Shown: positions 38,534 to 52,989 of the stretch, one piece after another | Layout of the letters: each line of letters opens with the position of its first letter | How positions within the stretch are numbered: the first letter of the stretch is position 1 | Origin: Gekko japonicus | Taxonomy: Eukaryota | NCBI RefSeq assembly: GCF_001447785.1 | Contig: NW_015173687.1 | Coordinates: 499,362 to 563,361, forward strand | DNA: 64,000 bases | Direction of reading: 5' to 3' | The notes under the pieces: model-generated | What the model was told of the DNA's origin: nothing | The model's input: the letters and a program-made list of their open reading frames with translations, nothing else | The model's database searches: none | Position numbers and translations under genes: made by a program

Positions 38534-41500
38534 TTCAGTAGCTGCTTAGAACCAACTGGGACCAGAGCTCCCTTCCAGGGGTGATTCTTCTCCCTCCTTC
38601 AGTGGCATTGCTCAAATGATAATCTGCTGTATTCCTTCAATGGCCTGTCCTGCTTCTCTCACAAGTGGTGGTGATGGTGGTCTCACCAACCCCAAATTCA
38701 GATGGCCAACAAAATATCCACCTCTTCTAGCAACACTTCTGAATTCTCAGGCAGTAGTGTGAAGGTCTTATGAGGCTCTTCCAAGGTGCATGTTACATCC
38801 CAGAACTCCTTTGAAGTTCAGCTCTTTCAGAAGCCAAGGCTACCTCTGACTGCTCTAAGAATCTCTGAAGCTCTGTGGTCCAATTCTCAAGCCCAGATCC
38901 CGGGCCTCCGATCTGTTGGAGAGTCTTGGCAACAGATATTTAACTTCAAATGTTTCTTTTGGCTTGAGCCAATGAGTTCCTCTCTAAGCAACCAGGACTT
39001 GTCTAAGCTAGCTTGTCCAGTCTGGCATGACAAAGCAGAGAGAGAATGAGCAAGCACAAACTCTAGGAGGGTTGGCGGGTTGTTTATGACAGGAGCCAGT
39101 TATTCCTAAACAGAAAGGTGCAGCCAGTCCTAAGGAGTACACATGTGAGTTTACACTGTTTGTCACATTTGCACATTAAGTGTATCCCTAGAGATGACAT
39201 GAGGAAAGACGCCCTAAGCATATGTCTAAGGGAAAATGCAAAGTAGTATGCATTATATATGTTTTAAAAAGCCAGTTTCCAGCATATTGTCCACACAACT
39301 AGCACAACCAAGCAACAAATCCCACAGTGGGCCTGTATAGATGAATGAGTAGAGCCATGCTGCTAGAAGCAGGTCTCAAAATGGTGAAGGCCACTTTTCT
39401 ACAAGTGGGTGTTCACTACTTGCTCTTACAATGAACAATTAAGTGCTGGACTTGGGGATGCTGTTGGGTCTAAGGCAAAACCAGCTCCAGCCATTAGCAA
39501 AGCTGGAACTGAGGCCTGGTCCACATGTGAAGCAAAATTAGGGGAATAGAAGCTCCCCCCTTTCAATGCACAGGCTCTCCATCCCATCTTTTCCAGATGG
39601 ACTGTACAACTTGTGACCCACCAACCAAAGGCACCCCCCCCCCCCGCTGAAAGATTTCCCTGGTTTTCCCTGTAACTACAAAAAAAGGTGGGCATTTGTC
39701 AAGCATTTGACTAACCTCAAAACAAAGCTGGAGGAACACTGCCTAGGGAGACAGTGTTGTGTAACAGACAATGCTAGATTAGCATCTTCGAGACCAAGTT
39801 CAAGCCACCTCTAGGACTGAAAGCTCATTGAAGAGGGTTGCCAACTCCAGGTTAGGTTAGGAAATTCCTAAAGATTTGGGGGTGGAGCTTTGGAAGAGTA
39901 GGATATAATGCCAGAGAATCCACCCTCCAAAGCAGCCATTTTCTCCAGGGGAACTGATCTCTACGGTCTGAAGATCAGTTGCGATTTGGAGGGATCTCCT
40001 GGCCTAGTTGGAGGTTGGCACCCCTGTCACTGGGTGCCCTTACACCAGTTGTTCATGCTGTCTCTCAGCCTAACCTACCTCACAGGGGTATTGTGAAGAT
40101 AAAATGAGAAATAGAAAACCACGTGGACTACTCTGAGCTCCTTGGAGGGATAAAAATGTACCAGTCAAAAATTTACAGTTGTGCAGGCCTTTGGGATGAA
40201 GGGGCAACTCACAACACCTGACTCACACTGAAGGTCTACCTACTCAGGCTGGTTGCAGTCACAAGGGTCTAAGGCACAGCACCCAAGATCCTTTTAACTG
40301 GAGGTGTTATGGCCTAAATTGGGACCTGGAGCACACATGCATACATGACCTGTGCTACACCAAATCATACATGACGGCGGGCGGCGGCAATAGGTAAGTA
40401 TTCTTTGTTCCGGGAGCAGCTCTCCGGGATACGAAGCAGAGAAAGGTCCTTTCCCAAGGGACATATGAGGGATCAAACCTGGCACCTTCTGCCCACAAGG
40501 CAGGTGTTCCATCAAAGCCCCTTCCCATTAGCCTACATTCTGCAGAGGAAGTACTCGACCTGTTCTAGCCTCTGCCAATAAAACATGCTGGAATTCATAA
40601 AACACTGCAGCCGGTCATAAATCCTAGCAAAGTGTGTACTCAACAGAAACTCCCCAAGGATACCAGATAAACATGAGCAATCAAAGGCTTCACCCCCAGC
40701 CACCACGCCAGGTCGAGCCAGGGCCCAGGTTACAGCAAACACACAGCTGGCAGCGAGCGATAAGAATCCCTTCCTTGTGTAACAGGCTATTTGGGGGCTT
40801 CCCCGCTTGGGTGCCTTTGCAGGAAATAAATGTGGTGCCTGGAGGTCCATCACGGCCATAAACCAGCCAACAAGTCCTGCATTCTGGCACCTCTTTCATG
40901 ACTGCAAAGTCTGCTCAGAGGCAACCAACAGGGCCCTGCCGATAAACAGCCAAGATGTACGGGGCCTCAGTGGCAGGGAACTATGATGGAAGCCTTCTGC
41001 AAGAAACCAAAAGGCCAGAGCTGCAGGGATTCCATGGAAGGAAGGAGGATGGGATGAGGCTGTTAATTCAGCATCTCACAAATCTCCAGTTTTCCTTAAA
41101 AAAAAAAAAAGAGAGAGATCTAGCCCTTATGAGTACAGGTTTGGATTTTATTTTTGTGAATGCACCAGGAATCGAAAAGCAGCCCTGTAGGTCCTCTTCC
41201 ACTCTCCGCACGGAGGACATTCCCAGTGTACCCGACAAAGGGTCAGCCTGGCCTAGTCCTTTCAGCATCTCCATGGCAGCCTCGGCCCGCCCTCTTCTGC
41301 CAGCCTTCCACTGCTCTCCCTCTTCTCTCCTCGAGCGGCAGGTCGTTGCCCCGTAAACAACAGCTGCCTACCAACCTCACAGAGCAGAACACCAAGCCTT
41401 GCTCAAGGGACAAGGTCCCTTGGCGATGGAAGGAAGAGGGTGAATACCTCAATTTCAGCAGTGCCAGCCAAGGAATCCCTGCCCCCTTCAGAGCTGGAAT

Positions 41501-43144
41501 TGGCCTCCTCTCCAGGTGAACTCTGCTCCTGCCAGCAGTGGAAACATCAAAACAAAGAGGAAACGGGGAGGAAAAGGGGAAGACAGAATGGAGGGGCAGG
41601 CAGCAGCGTCTGCCACTCGGCTCCTTTGTGCCTGCCAAGCAGCCGCCGTCTTCCCTGGTATCCAGGCAGGATGAGGCCTCACAGACCACGGCCCACTTTC
41701 ATGGTAAGTTTTATGGGGTAAAAGCAAAAAAACCAGGGTGGGGTTGGGGAGGGGCGGGTTGAGGAAATCATGAGGTGGCCGTGTTGTCGGACCCACTCCA
41801 AGCATGATAAGGCGTCTGGCTGGGGTGAGGCACTGATCCAGCTAGCCCTTAGCAATACGAGACTGTCAATGGACATGGTACTTTACAAAAATGAGAAACA
41901 AGAGAGGCCATGTCTCTGCCCCTCACGATTACCAACTAAACACTCCAGAGGGGCAGGAATGAGAGTCTGGTGTAGCAGAGAATCCAGAAGAATCTTACAA
42001 GACTTTGTTAGGACAGGAAGTGTTTGGGACTACAGCCCACTTCAGCAGGTACATGAAGTATCCCCACACGCGTACCAAAGGGGGAGAAGTCCTTACCAGT
42101 TTGTCATTTCGTTGGCTTTTTGACTCCATTATTTATTTTTATTTTGCCATGAGTTTGTGTGTACTTGCCAACTGAAGACACACTTCACATATCTGCTGAA
42201 GGGTCTCTATTGCAATCATGATCTATTTTGCACATGCTCAACAGTAGTGCTTTTTAGTACTTGTGCATTCCAAGGGTCCGAAAACTGGTTCCACAGCTGA
42301 ACTCAAAAGAAGCCCTGTCTCCTGTTCTCCTCGCACAAACCACAGGACCAGAAGTAATTGTTCCATCCACCTCCACAAATGAAATATATCACTTAGCTGT
42401 CAGCATCTATTGAATTTTTTACACAATACCTGGATTGCCTCAGCAGCTGCCCTTGGTGTGAGATGGCTTCTTAACTCCTTGTGGGCATTTTGAAATGTCT
42501 GAACATTATTTTGGAACCAGGATATTCTTTTTTTTTTTTTTTTTTTTTAAATAAACTTTGTTGACTAGCTTATTTCTGGTATTCAGCATTACACAATGTA
42601 AAGAATAGTTACCAGGCTGTCTTTAAAGAAGGGATCATACACATTCATAAAGGATTATTATTAACAAAAAAACCCTTATTATTCATAGTGCACTTCAACA
42701 CTGGGCAAATTTGCATGACTTCTGATAGAATTTTTGCTTACTGTGGATTTTTATTTACTGTTTTGCATATTTTGGGTTTTGATGGCTACAGGGAGGAGCA
42801 AGGCACGGTGGAAAGCACTGAAGCTCTGTCTCCCCACCCCCACCCCAAAGGAAATTGTCAGCTGTCCCTTCTCAGGTTTCTGCAGGCATTGGCTGCATAC
42901 CTTCAGGCATAGCCATACAGGCTACAGACTTTTAAAAAATAGTTCAGAATTGCACAATACTGGTACTAGAGATCGCTTACCACGTTCTGCACTCCTTTTA
43001 TAACCACACTATAAAGTTCTGTGTATGTACATCAGTGCTTTATGTGAACAGTTCATCAAACCTCTAGTGACTTTTTTGTCTTTCCCAGGTAGCAGCCTAG
43101 ATTTAATAAGTCTGTGGCCCAGGCTGGGCTCCTGTCCCATCAAC

Positions 43145-43708
43145 ATGACTGAGAAGCAGAGCCAAGGACTAGCAGCCGACTGTCCGGTTTGCTGGAACCC
43201 CTACGACAACACCTTCCGCACACCCAAGGTGCTCCAGTGCCAGCACTCCTTCTGCATCGAGTGCCTGGCTCACCTGAGTCTGGTGTCCACAGTGCGGAAT
43301 CGGCTGCAGTGCCCGCTCTGCCGTCACCCCACCATGCTCCCCTCTGACCAGACAGTTACTGAACTTCCCACTAACGATGCAGTCTTGCGGCTGCTGCGCT
43401 TGGAGCCCAACCACATCATCCTGGAAGGCCGGCAGCTGTGCCTCAAGGAACAGCGCAAGAGCAGATACTGCTTGCGCCAGCCAAGGGTCTACACCCTTGA
43501 CCTGGGCCCAGAGACGGACTCCAGCACTGTAAGCCGCCAGGACCCGACTACAACCACCACCCTGCCCAATAGCTCTCCACCGTGGAACTGTGTTCGTGAC
43601 CCCCAACTTCGCATTTTCACCTACTTAATGGCCATCATCTTAAGTGTGACTTTGCTACTCATTTTCTCCATCTTCTGGACCAAGCAAATCTTTTGGGGCA
43701 TCGGTTGA
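43145..43708 (+). CDS. RNF183: E3 ubiquitin ligase RNF183, 187 aa
   Basis: MTEKQ...CPVCWNPYDNTFRTPK...HSFCIECLAHLSLV...LLRLEPNHIILEG...IFTYLMAIILSVTLLLIFSIFWTKQ. Acceptor tttcccag ends at 43088, so ATG 43025 is probably intronic. Confidence 0.95.
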   Translation: MTEKQSQGLAADCPVCWNPYDNTFRTPKVLQCQHSFCIECLAHLSLVSTVRNRLQCPLCRHPTMLPSDQTVTELPTNDAVLRLLRLEPNHIILEGRQLCLKEQRKSRYCLRQPRVYTLDLGPETDSSTVSRQDPTTTTTLPNSSPPWNCVRDPQLRIFTYLMAIILSVTLLLIFSIFWTKQIFWGIG

Positions 43709-44174
43709 GAGTGCAGACTGAGGGACTACTCAGGGGCTTTTACGAAGGATGTGTATAGCAAGGAAGCAGAGGCCCTGCATTCGGGGAGGCCTTGCGGAAC
43801 ATGGGAGTTTACAACTTCCAAGTGTGCTGAATGGGAGCCAACAAGATGGCGCACTTGAATTGACACCTTCCATTGTGCCAAAACCCCTGCTTCAGCTGAA
43901 GGACACCTTTTCCCATGGTTGAAAGCAGAAACTTGGGGGGGGGGTGAAGGATGCCTCAGATCTTACCCCCTACCCCTCCTTTGTCCTGAGCCTGGGCACA
44001 GATGCAGCCCTGTGAAAACTGATGTCTTAACCAGATAGAAAAACCATTATGCTGGTTGTTTTCTTTGTAACCGTGCTACACCCACTCATGACCTGCTTTA
44101 TCTCCTAATCCACTCCAAAAGCATCTGGTGGGTTCTGCCTTAGGTGGGTTTTCCTGGTTGGGGCATGCTAGTTC

Positions 44175-44212
44175 ATAATAATAATAATAATAATATAATA
44201 ATAATAATAATA
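44175..44212. repeat. (TAA)n microsatellite
   Basis: Seen directly in the sequence. Confidence 0.9.
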
Positions 44213-46439
44213 TCTTTCAATTTATTAATCGCTCAATCCTGCAGAGCTGCTGGCTCTGAGCGATTTACAGTTACACATATTAACAAGGGACTAACAATGA
44301 TTCATAGGGGGTAAGGGAGGACAACATATAAATCTTTTTTAAGTCGCACACATTTGCAGCCGACGAGGTTTTTGCTCAGCTGTAGACTTAGATGTGTTCC
44401 AGACAGCATTCACTCGGCTTGATGATGTCAGTTTTTCTAGGACTGCTTCGAGTCGCAGCGTCGCACTACCACTGCCTGGCCAGATTGGCCCATCGCAGGC
44501 TTCTTAATGCTGAAGAGATCTTTCCAGGCTTCCGAGCTGGACATTCCGTTTCACCGGCTAACACCTCCCCCCACCGGGGGGGGGTTAGTGTGCCCAACCT
44601 CTCTAAGGAGTGGTACCCATTTTATCTACTTGCCGAAGCTTTCGAACCGCTGGGTGGACGGCGAGCTGGGGACAAGACTGGTAGCTCACACCAGCGCGGG
44701 CTAGAACTGACAGCAGTTCTGTTCAGTTCAGATGTTACTGTAAGTTCATGATGCTTTCTGTAAGTAGACAGCATCAGAAATTGGGAGAAACCACTCAAAT
44801 CTCCAGGAAGAAAGCAGTTATTCCAGGTGTTCCGAAGCCTACTTTTAATGGGTCCTCAGCTGCACTGGCTAAAAGTGTCACTATAAACCGAAGGCAGGCT
44901 GCCGCCTCCCAGACTCAGTTCAAGAGAGCATTTAAATTAAAGGACCGATGCATAATCTACCTTTTCTAACGGCAGCAGTGATTTCTATGATTCAGCTATG
45001 GGATATTGAGGGAAGGAGGGGAAGAGGAGGAAGGAGAGAGAACTCTCTCTCTGGTTGGGCTTCTCCCAGTCAAGGAAGAAACTGTAGGGCCAACTCACAG
45101 GGCCAAACTGGTATTGTGTAAAGGGGTGTGCAGTGAAGCAGGGCGGAACACCACTTGTGCTACAGACATTTCCTTGACATGATACGATCGCAAAAGGAGG
45201 GCCAAATGGAGAAGCTTGCCAAGCTGGTAGGGTACAACAAGGCCCAGGCCTGAAACCTTTTAGGAACAGCTGGCTGCCCGGTGGAGGGACCTGGCACAAA
45301 CTAGGCAGAACCAGAGGCCTAACTGCAGGCAGTGAAGACAAAAGACAATCACTGTGCCGAAGGTTGCAGAAGAGCAGCAATGCAGGCTGTCCACACCAAC
45401 TACTACTACACTGTGACTGAAAAGATAAGCAGGCACAAAGAAACATAGAGAGAGGTAGGGTCGGGCACCTGCCCCACTCACTTGGACTGCCCTTGGTTGA
45501 GCAGTGAAGTGGCCAATTGCAACCCCTCCCCCCTGATTGCATCAAGTTCCCCAACTGCTTATCGTAGCTCCTTCAAAGCTAGGGGAATATTATCCTTTTG
45601 GGCAGCAGGTCAGTGGGAAAGCACCTGGTTTTGCATGCAGAAGGTCCCAGGTTCAATCTCCAGCATCTCCACTTAAAAGACCTCAAGTGCTGGGAAAGAT
45701 CTTTCTCTGCTGGGACCTGCTGCCAAGCTAGAATAGGCACTACTGAGCTAAATGGACCAGTGGTCTGACTTGGAATAAGGCAGTGTTCTATGTTCACCCA
45801 GCAGCATGTATTATGAAGCCTTCCTCTCCCAGCTTAACAGTGCTGGGATAACTCAGCAGAGTGGGGGCTAGTAGATGCAAACCACAGCATGGTGGACAGT
45901 ATACGGTAGGCAGGCATCCATTTCTCTACAACTTCCAAGGCAAAGTCATCAGGCACTGAACATGGCTGCCTCTCTTTGCAGTGGGACAAGAGTACATCTG
46001 TAGGAAAGACATGCGGACAAGGCTTTGCAATTCCAACAGCATTTAATATCTTTAAAAAGCCTCTTTTTTTTAACATGGCATGGGTTCTTACCACAGCCAT
46101 CCGAGAGGCAAACCTCTGCTGGCACAGGGAGTTTTTCCAAAGGTGGAAAATGCCAGGCTAGCAAGAAGGGTATTTTTGCTGCAGTTGGTCAAAGTCATAA
46201 GTGCACACCCCAAGTCTGTCGGCAAGGGAAGGAGGAGAGGGACAGTACAAAAATAAAGCTTCTCAGGGGCAAGGGTACTCAAACTCAGTCTAGCTTGATC
46301 AGGGTGTGTGGAGGACCACCTTTGGCCCCTGATCCTACTGCAAGCCAGGCACTTCCACCAGTGGAGCCCAAGTTGTCACATCAGGTGTATTCCTTTGCTA
46401 CGGAAGCTGGGAAGGGCCAGTCCTGATCAAGGGAACGGC

Positions 46440-46633
46440 CTACTCCGCCATCCAGAGCTTGAAGGTCCTGTCGTAAGAGCATGTGGCAATCAGCTGGCCG
46501 TCCAGAGAGATATCCAAGCCCATCACTTTGCCCTCATGCCCAGCCAGGGTTTTCAGAGGGGACCAGCCTGGGTGAGTCCAGACCTTCGCTGTGTTGTCGT
46601 AGGCACCGGTGAGTAGAAAGTTGCCATGATTAG
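46440..46633 (-). CDS. PRPF4: PRPF4 exon 14 (U4/U6 snRNP protein Prp4 C-terminus)
   Basis: [42 protein letters not shown]...FKLWMAE stop. Confidence 0.96.
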
Positions 46634-47125
46634 CTGAAGAGGGAAAAACAAACATACACTAAAGAAGCAGGAGTGCTCAGAAAACTGGAGCTAGGAACCC
46701 CAGTACAGTGGTTATACTGTTCCAACTTCCCACCTGGGGTCTCTCAGAGAAGGCAAAGTAGAGTGACACCTGGAACTAGCTATAGGCAGAGAAAGGGAAA
46801 GGTACAGGAACTGTGGCATGAGGTCAAGGGGGCACTCTTGAGAAGACCGTTTCAGAACTGCTGGAGCACCTTGAGGAGGAGGGGCAGCTCCCATAGAGCG
46901 CACAAAACTCCTAGGTTCTCGTTTAAACGAAAAGCAAGATTCTAGTTCAAACTGTGGCAGAGAAAAGCTTAAAGAACACTTGAGTGATCATGACTGCAGC
47001 CTGCAGCTGCATCGAGTTCCCACATGGGCCTCTCTCTACTGGTTCCTCTCGCATCCCATCACTCAGGCCCTCTCGACTGCACTGCTGTTTCCAGGTATCT
47101 CAAATTGGCCTAAGAGGTTTCCTTA

Positions 47126-47392
<267 letters not shown>

Positions 47393-47453
47393 TCAGGGGC
47401 TGGAAGGAAGGGGGGGAGCATCAGTGTTCAGTGCCTTCCGGGACTGATTCTTA

Positions 47454-47591
<138 letters not shown>

Positions 47592-47861
47592 TCACAGGCC
47601 CTCAAATACTTTTGATCTGGGTAAGAGGCATTCTTGGCCCTTTTTGATTCTCTGCTCTACCCCCACTGGGGGTTCCTAGACAACACCACAGGCAGCCAGA
47701 ACAGCTTTCTGTGAGCAGAAGGTACTCTATGCGTTTATCACACCCTTCCTCCAAGCAGCTGAGAACAATAAATATTTCATTTATATTCCACTTGGTCTCC
47801 AATAGGGACCAACTTATATTATTCTTCTCTCCATCCTCACAACAACCCTGGGAGGTAGGTT

Positions 47862-48143
47862 AGAAGAAGAAAAGATTGGATTTATACCCCGCCCTTCACT
47901 ACCCGAAGGAGTCTCAGAGTGGCTTACAATCTCCTTTCCCTTCCCCTCCCCACTACAGACACCCTGTGAGGTGGGTGGGGCTGAGAGAGCTCTTTTGAGA
48001 ACTGCTCTTGAGAGAACAACCCTGAAATAACTTATGACTGACCCAAGGTCACACCAGCAGTTGCATGTGGAGGAGTGTGGAATCAAACCCGGTTCTCCCA
48101 GATTAGAGTCCGCGCTCCTAACCACTACACCAAACCGGCTCTC
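47862..48143 (-). mobile_element. Squam3-like SINE nested in an older SINE (about 47790-48270)
   Basis: Full family sequence in reverse orientation, splitting an older copy. Confidence 0.75.
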
Positions 48144-48716
48144 AGAATATGTGACTGATCAAGGTTACCCATTGAGCTTTCATGGCACAGTGGGGTTTTG
48201 AACCTGGGTCTCCCAGATCTAGTCTAACCACTGCACCAGATCTAGTCTAACCACTGCACCACACTGGCTGGCTGACAAAAGGTTTTTGCTAAAGCTGCAT
48301 GACAAGATCCTGCAAAGCAGAACTTTGATGGGAGCTCCCCAGCAAACTATATTTAGCAAGTGTAATAGTGCTTTTGCAAGCAAGAAAGACGCAGGAGATG
48401 CCTAGATTGGTATTTACAAAGTAAAAAGAATATTTAAAAAGCATCTCTTCATGTCAAACCTTAAGGTTCAGCCACAGGAAACACCTTTCTTATTTAGCAA
48501 CATTCATTCAGGGTGCAAACATTAGAATTTCTAGCCTAGTTTTTTGAGCCCACTTTTACAACACGTTAACTGGAAATTGGGGTGGGATCTTTCATGCCAG
48601 AAGCCCAGTTCTCCCTCTTTGGGAATTGTGGGGCTAGCAAAAACGAACCCCCATCTCTAGTTAGTTCTTGCTCCTTAGTCACCACTGCAAGGTTCAGTTT
48701 GCGTGCACAGGTTTAC

Positions 48717-48839
48717 CCAGTGCCAGACAGGGAGCCATCAACATGGAATGCAATATCGTAGACCCCTTTGCTGTGTCCCTCCTGGTGCAGAATTTCTTCC
48801 TGGGCCTCCAAGTCCCACAAGCGCCACGAGTGGTCATAG
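48717..48839 (-). CDS. PRPF4: PRPF4 exon 11
   Basis: [41 protein letters not shown]. Confidence 0.95.
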
Positions 48840-49598
48840 CTGCAAGTTGGGGAAGAAGAAAAAACACACCAGCTGCATAGCTTGCAATATGGCACTAGCT
48901 GCCCCCCACCCCCCCGCGCAGGTCAGGAGGATGCTTAAATGTATCCTGAACTGACCCTGAATCAACCTTTCTGACTGTTTGCATTTAATCTAAGCTGGGT
49001 TTGGGCTCAGCCCATGCTCAAGGTGCTTAGAAGAAGACACACAGAAAACTGTAAGCATGATTATAATTACAAAGTGAAACACACTAAAATAAGGTAAGTA
49101 TATAAACATATAAGTGTAATATATCAATAAGTAGAACTGTTGGTAAGTCAGTTTCAGTAAATGATGTTCTCCGGAATGACAAATATTGTTTCGATATATC
49201 TTCTTCTGAACGGAGATTGAGAAAATTGACAACAGAACGTCTCTGGTCAATTACTCATCAAGAGACCGAAAAAAAGGTTGAACACCCAATACATTCTTCA
49301 TGGACAATCAAGACATGCTTACAAGTTCACTTGAAACCATTCACTTCGGGCTGAGTGCAAAGGTGCCTTCAACACCTAACACCTGTGAAATTTAGTAGGT
49401 GCCTTTGCCAACTAGGATACAAACAAGCCCTTCAGGCTTGTGGTGCCCCTGAGCAACTTTTTACAGCTTCCCTTTTGGGCAGATCTTGGCGTTTCCTTTC
49501 AGAGGTCCCTTCCAGCTGTGCTACTCTCCCCTCCCCTTTAGTTCCACTACAATCTCCTGTCCTCACAAAGTGTGCCCCAGAGGAGGAGATGCCCCTTA

Positions 49599-49742
<144 letters not shown>

Positions 49743-51378
49743 TCAAAAGATGCACAGCTGGGTGGAGATGGTGCCATTTCCCCAGGGGCACAGCATCTGA
49801 AAAAGGGCAGGCGCACCTCCAAGTTTTCAAAGTGGAAAGGAAAACTTGACACTTCATACCCAAACCACAAAGTAAGAGTCAGCTGTGTACATCTGTTTAG
49901 TAAGAACCTTACAAAGGGAGCTGCTGGCCAGAAGGAACTAGAAGCTCACCACAAGTGGGGGAAATAATCTGTACACTAGTTTGTATGCCACAGTTACTAG
50001 AATGGTTTCAATTATTAAGAAGTCTTCTAGCATCTTAAAAACTGACAAGGTTTTATTCTAGCATAAGCTTTCATGGATTTGAACCTTCTAGCACAAGTTC
50101 TTCCACAGCTGGAATAGTAACAGTAGTTCAGCTGCTACAAGTATCTTGAAGTATCTAGGGGTTAGATCCTCAAATAAAACATGCATGGGATCAGCAATGG
50201 CTAGGAGCCACATATGTGGTCTGGAAAACCAACTGCTAATCCCACAGGTGTACAAGTTGATTGTGGTTACTAAATACCAAAGCAACAAAATTTATACCTT
50301 GCGTTTCTTCCCTCGTAAGGGCCACCAAGGTGGCTAATACATACATAATAAAACCACACCTTAAAAACCACCAAAACACATCATTAAAACAAAATCAAAG
50401 CTAAAACCCACTTACAAAATCATAAAAACAACAATTAAAGTATAGCGCAGGAAGGAGAAATCACTCAGAGAATGCCACACAAAACAAAAAAAGGCTTCAC
50501 CCACTGGTGGAAAACAGCTAAAGGAAGGGACAAATGAATGTCCCCGGGGAAAAGAGCACCAGAGGTTTGGTGCCACAACAGAGAAGGCCCTGTCCCAGGC
50601 TGCAATGCACATAAAATCAGAAGGTGGGGAGGAGGCCCCTGAAGATGTCTGAAGTGGTTGGGTGGGTTCATAAGGGAGAGCTTAATTATTAAATGCTCAG
50701 AATAGGATGGCCAGGTCCCCGCTGGCCACCAGCAGGGGATGGGGGGGGGGTAGGGTTGCCAGATGCAGATTACGAAACTCCTGGAGATTTGTTGATGGAG
50801 CCTAGGAAGGGACCTCAGAGGGGTACAATGCAACAGAGTCCACCCACCAAAGCAGCCATCTTCTCCAGGGGAACTCATCTCTGTAGGCTGGAGATCAGGT
50901 GTAACTCCAGGGGATCCCCAGGTCCCACATGGAGGCTGGCATCCCTAGCTCAGAAGCATTCTTTACACTCCAGATTTCACCCAATGTTCAGAAGAGGTTC
51001 TGGAGCCCAATTCCAAAGGGGAAAGGGGGGGCCCATTCTACCATCACACAACCTCCTGCTATGATGAGAGGAAGGACTGCTGAGGCATAATGTGTGAGAC
51101 AGGGACCAATTTACCATCACTGACATTTCTGTCTGCAGCAACAGTATCAGACAGAAACAAACCTTTTCCCCAAAGGGCCAATTAAAGAGTGAGTCTGCTC
51201 CTTCTCAGCACATCCCTCAGTGTGCCCCAGACAAACCTACTCCTTTCTCAGAGAAACGCGGCACTTGGAGTAGGCTTGATCTGTGGGAACAAAGCTGGCA
51301 CTACCAAGAGGGGACACAGCTAGGGAAGAGGTGCAGGCACCCAGAGCAGGAAGCGTTGCCGTACTGGCAGGTGTGGAG

Positions 51379-51444
51379 CAATGTTCCCTCTAAGCTGAGT
51401 TAGTGTGAGCTAGCTCACACTAACTCAGCTTAGAGGGAACACTG
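51379..51444. mobile_element. 66-bp fully palindromic mini-MITE
   Basis: 33-bp arms with 1 mismatch; TSD GTGTGGAG. Confidence 0.85.
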
Positions 51445-52672
51445 GTGTGGAGCCTGGAAGTACACTGATGATGCCGTTGCCCCCTGCCACCGCTGTGGTC
51501 TGTGCCAGGGGCACACAGGCAGTAACCTGAGTAATATCTTCACACAACTTTAGAAGGAGCCATGTTAGGGTGGAAGAAAAAAGAAAGAAACTTGTCAACA
51601 AGTTGTCAACAGCTGCAGAAAAGTTATCCCAAGATCATGTTTTTGATTTACCCTGCTTTAGACATGAGATTCTTGAAATACCACGTGATCAGCAAAAAAG
51701 TAGCAAAACCAACAGCAGTTTCAAATCTAGCAGCACTTCAACTAGCAGCAAATAAAATAGTGAGAAAACAGTAAAAAAAAAACGGGCGGAAGGAAAAAGG
51801 AAAACCTCAAGAACTTACTGAGAAATCCCACCCTCCCAACCACTGCTCACTCTGCCTTATTCTGCCTCTGCCCCCCCTTAATCCACCCTATCACTCAGTT
51901 TTCCTCCTTATCCTGCCCAATCATTCACACACCCCACCATCTGTTGTTTACTTTCCCAGGTAAATCCCTACTTTTTTTTAAAAAAAAACAACTTTTTTTT
52001 TGGCATGGCACTGAAGTTGGCAAAGTTTTTTCACAATGCTGGCTACTGTGGGGAGGGGGTGTAGGAGTGTGAAGGGTCAGGTATTAAGGGTCAAGACCAA
52101 GAGTTCCCTCTCCAGGCAACCCAAGGTATCCAGTTTAGTTATCCCTCCCTATTTAAAGACAACTCTGCCTGCTTGTCAATTAAACTCCCTCATTTAAATA
52201 AGCTTCCACTCCCTGATAAAGTATGAAGCTGGCAAAGAACAAAAAAAGAACAAAAGAAGAACTCACAGCCAATTAGAGAGAGCCCCTCCAAACTGCTTGG
52301 CCCCAAAATTACCAGCTAACCCTATACTGAGAACAAATTAATATATACACATTAATCTCCAAACAAATCCACAACTGCATACTAAAACACTCATGCTTGT
52401 TTATTATTTAGTAAAGGCAATTCCTTCTTCAAGTGCATCGTCTGACATTAAGTCCATATTTCAAGGTGCCACTAAATGTATTTTACAGTAATATTTGTGA
52501 TTTACGCCAATCAGCTCAATCAAGTAGGCAACCTGTTTTCTTAGAGGGGTGTTATCAGTAGGTGGTGCTCAGGGACCCCTGAGGGTTTTTCCCCACTGTT
52601 GATGCTATGGTCTACTGGAAATAGTCAAAAGGATGGAAGGATGGAAGGACCTCTGGGCTTCTTGGGATTTAC

Positions 52673-52796
52673 CTTTCGAGGCTCCAGAGCTTGACTGAGC
52701 CATCAGCTGCACATGATGCCAGGTTCACGTCCTTCTTGTCCAGGGAGATGGTCGCCTTGGGGTGGAAGACAATTGCCCCAACACTGGTATTATGCC
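52673..52796 (-). CDS. PRPF4: PRPF4 exon 9
   Basis: [41 protein letters not shown]. Confidence 0.95.
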
Positions 52797-52989
52797 CTTG
52801 GGAAGAGAAGAAAGGCAATTTCTTCACAGACCTACTTCTGCTGCTTAATCTGGCTGTTTTCAATTGACTGTTGCCTCATCACTGCCCCCACCAGGACAGT
52901 TGCAGAAGGCAGCCTCGTTGGTCTGCGGAAGAAGTCCAGTAGCACCTGAGAGACCAGCAGGATTTTTGGCATGCAGGCTTTCGAAAATT

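Noticed and set aside
38060-38584. 174-aa plus-strand ORF
   Set aside because: Antisense shadow of the RING gene with no recognisable motifs.
41538-41548. Possible NFAT5/TonE site upstream of RNF183
   Set aside because: TGGAAACATCA does not fully match TGGAAANNYNY; too weak to call.
43025-43144. 40-aa N-terminal extension of the RNF183 ORF
   Set aside because: It spans a pyrimidine tract and acceptor (43088); similarity to RNF183 starts at ATG 43145.
48215-48262. 23-bp tandem duplication
   Set aside because: Local slippage inside an old SINE with no sign of function.
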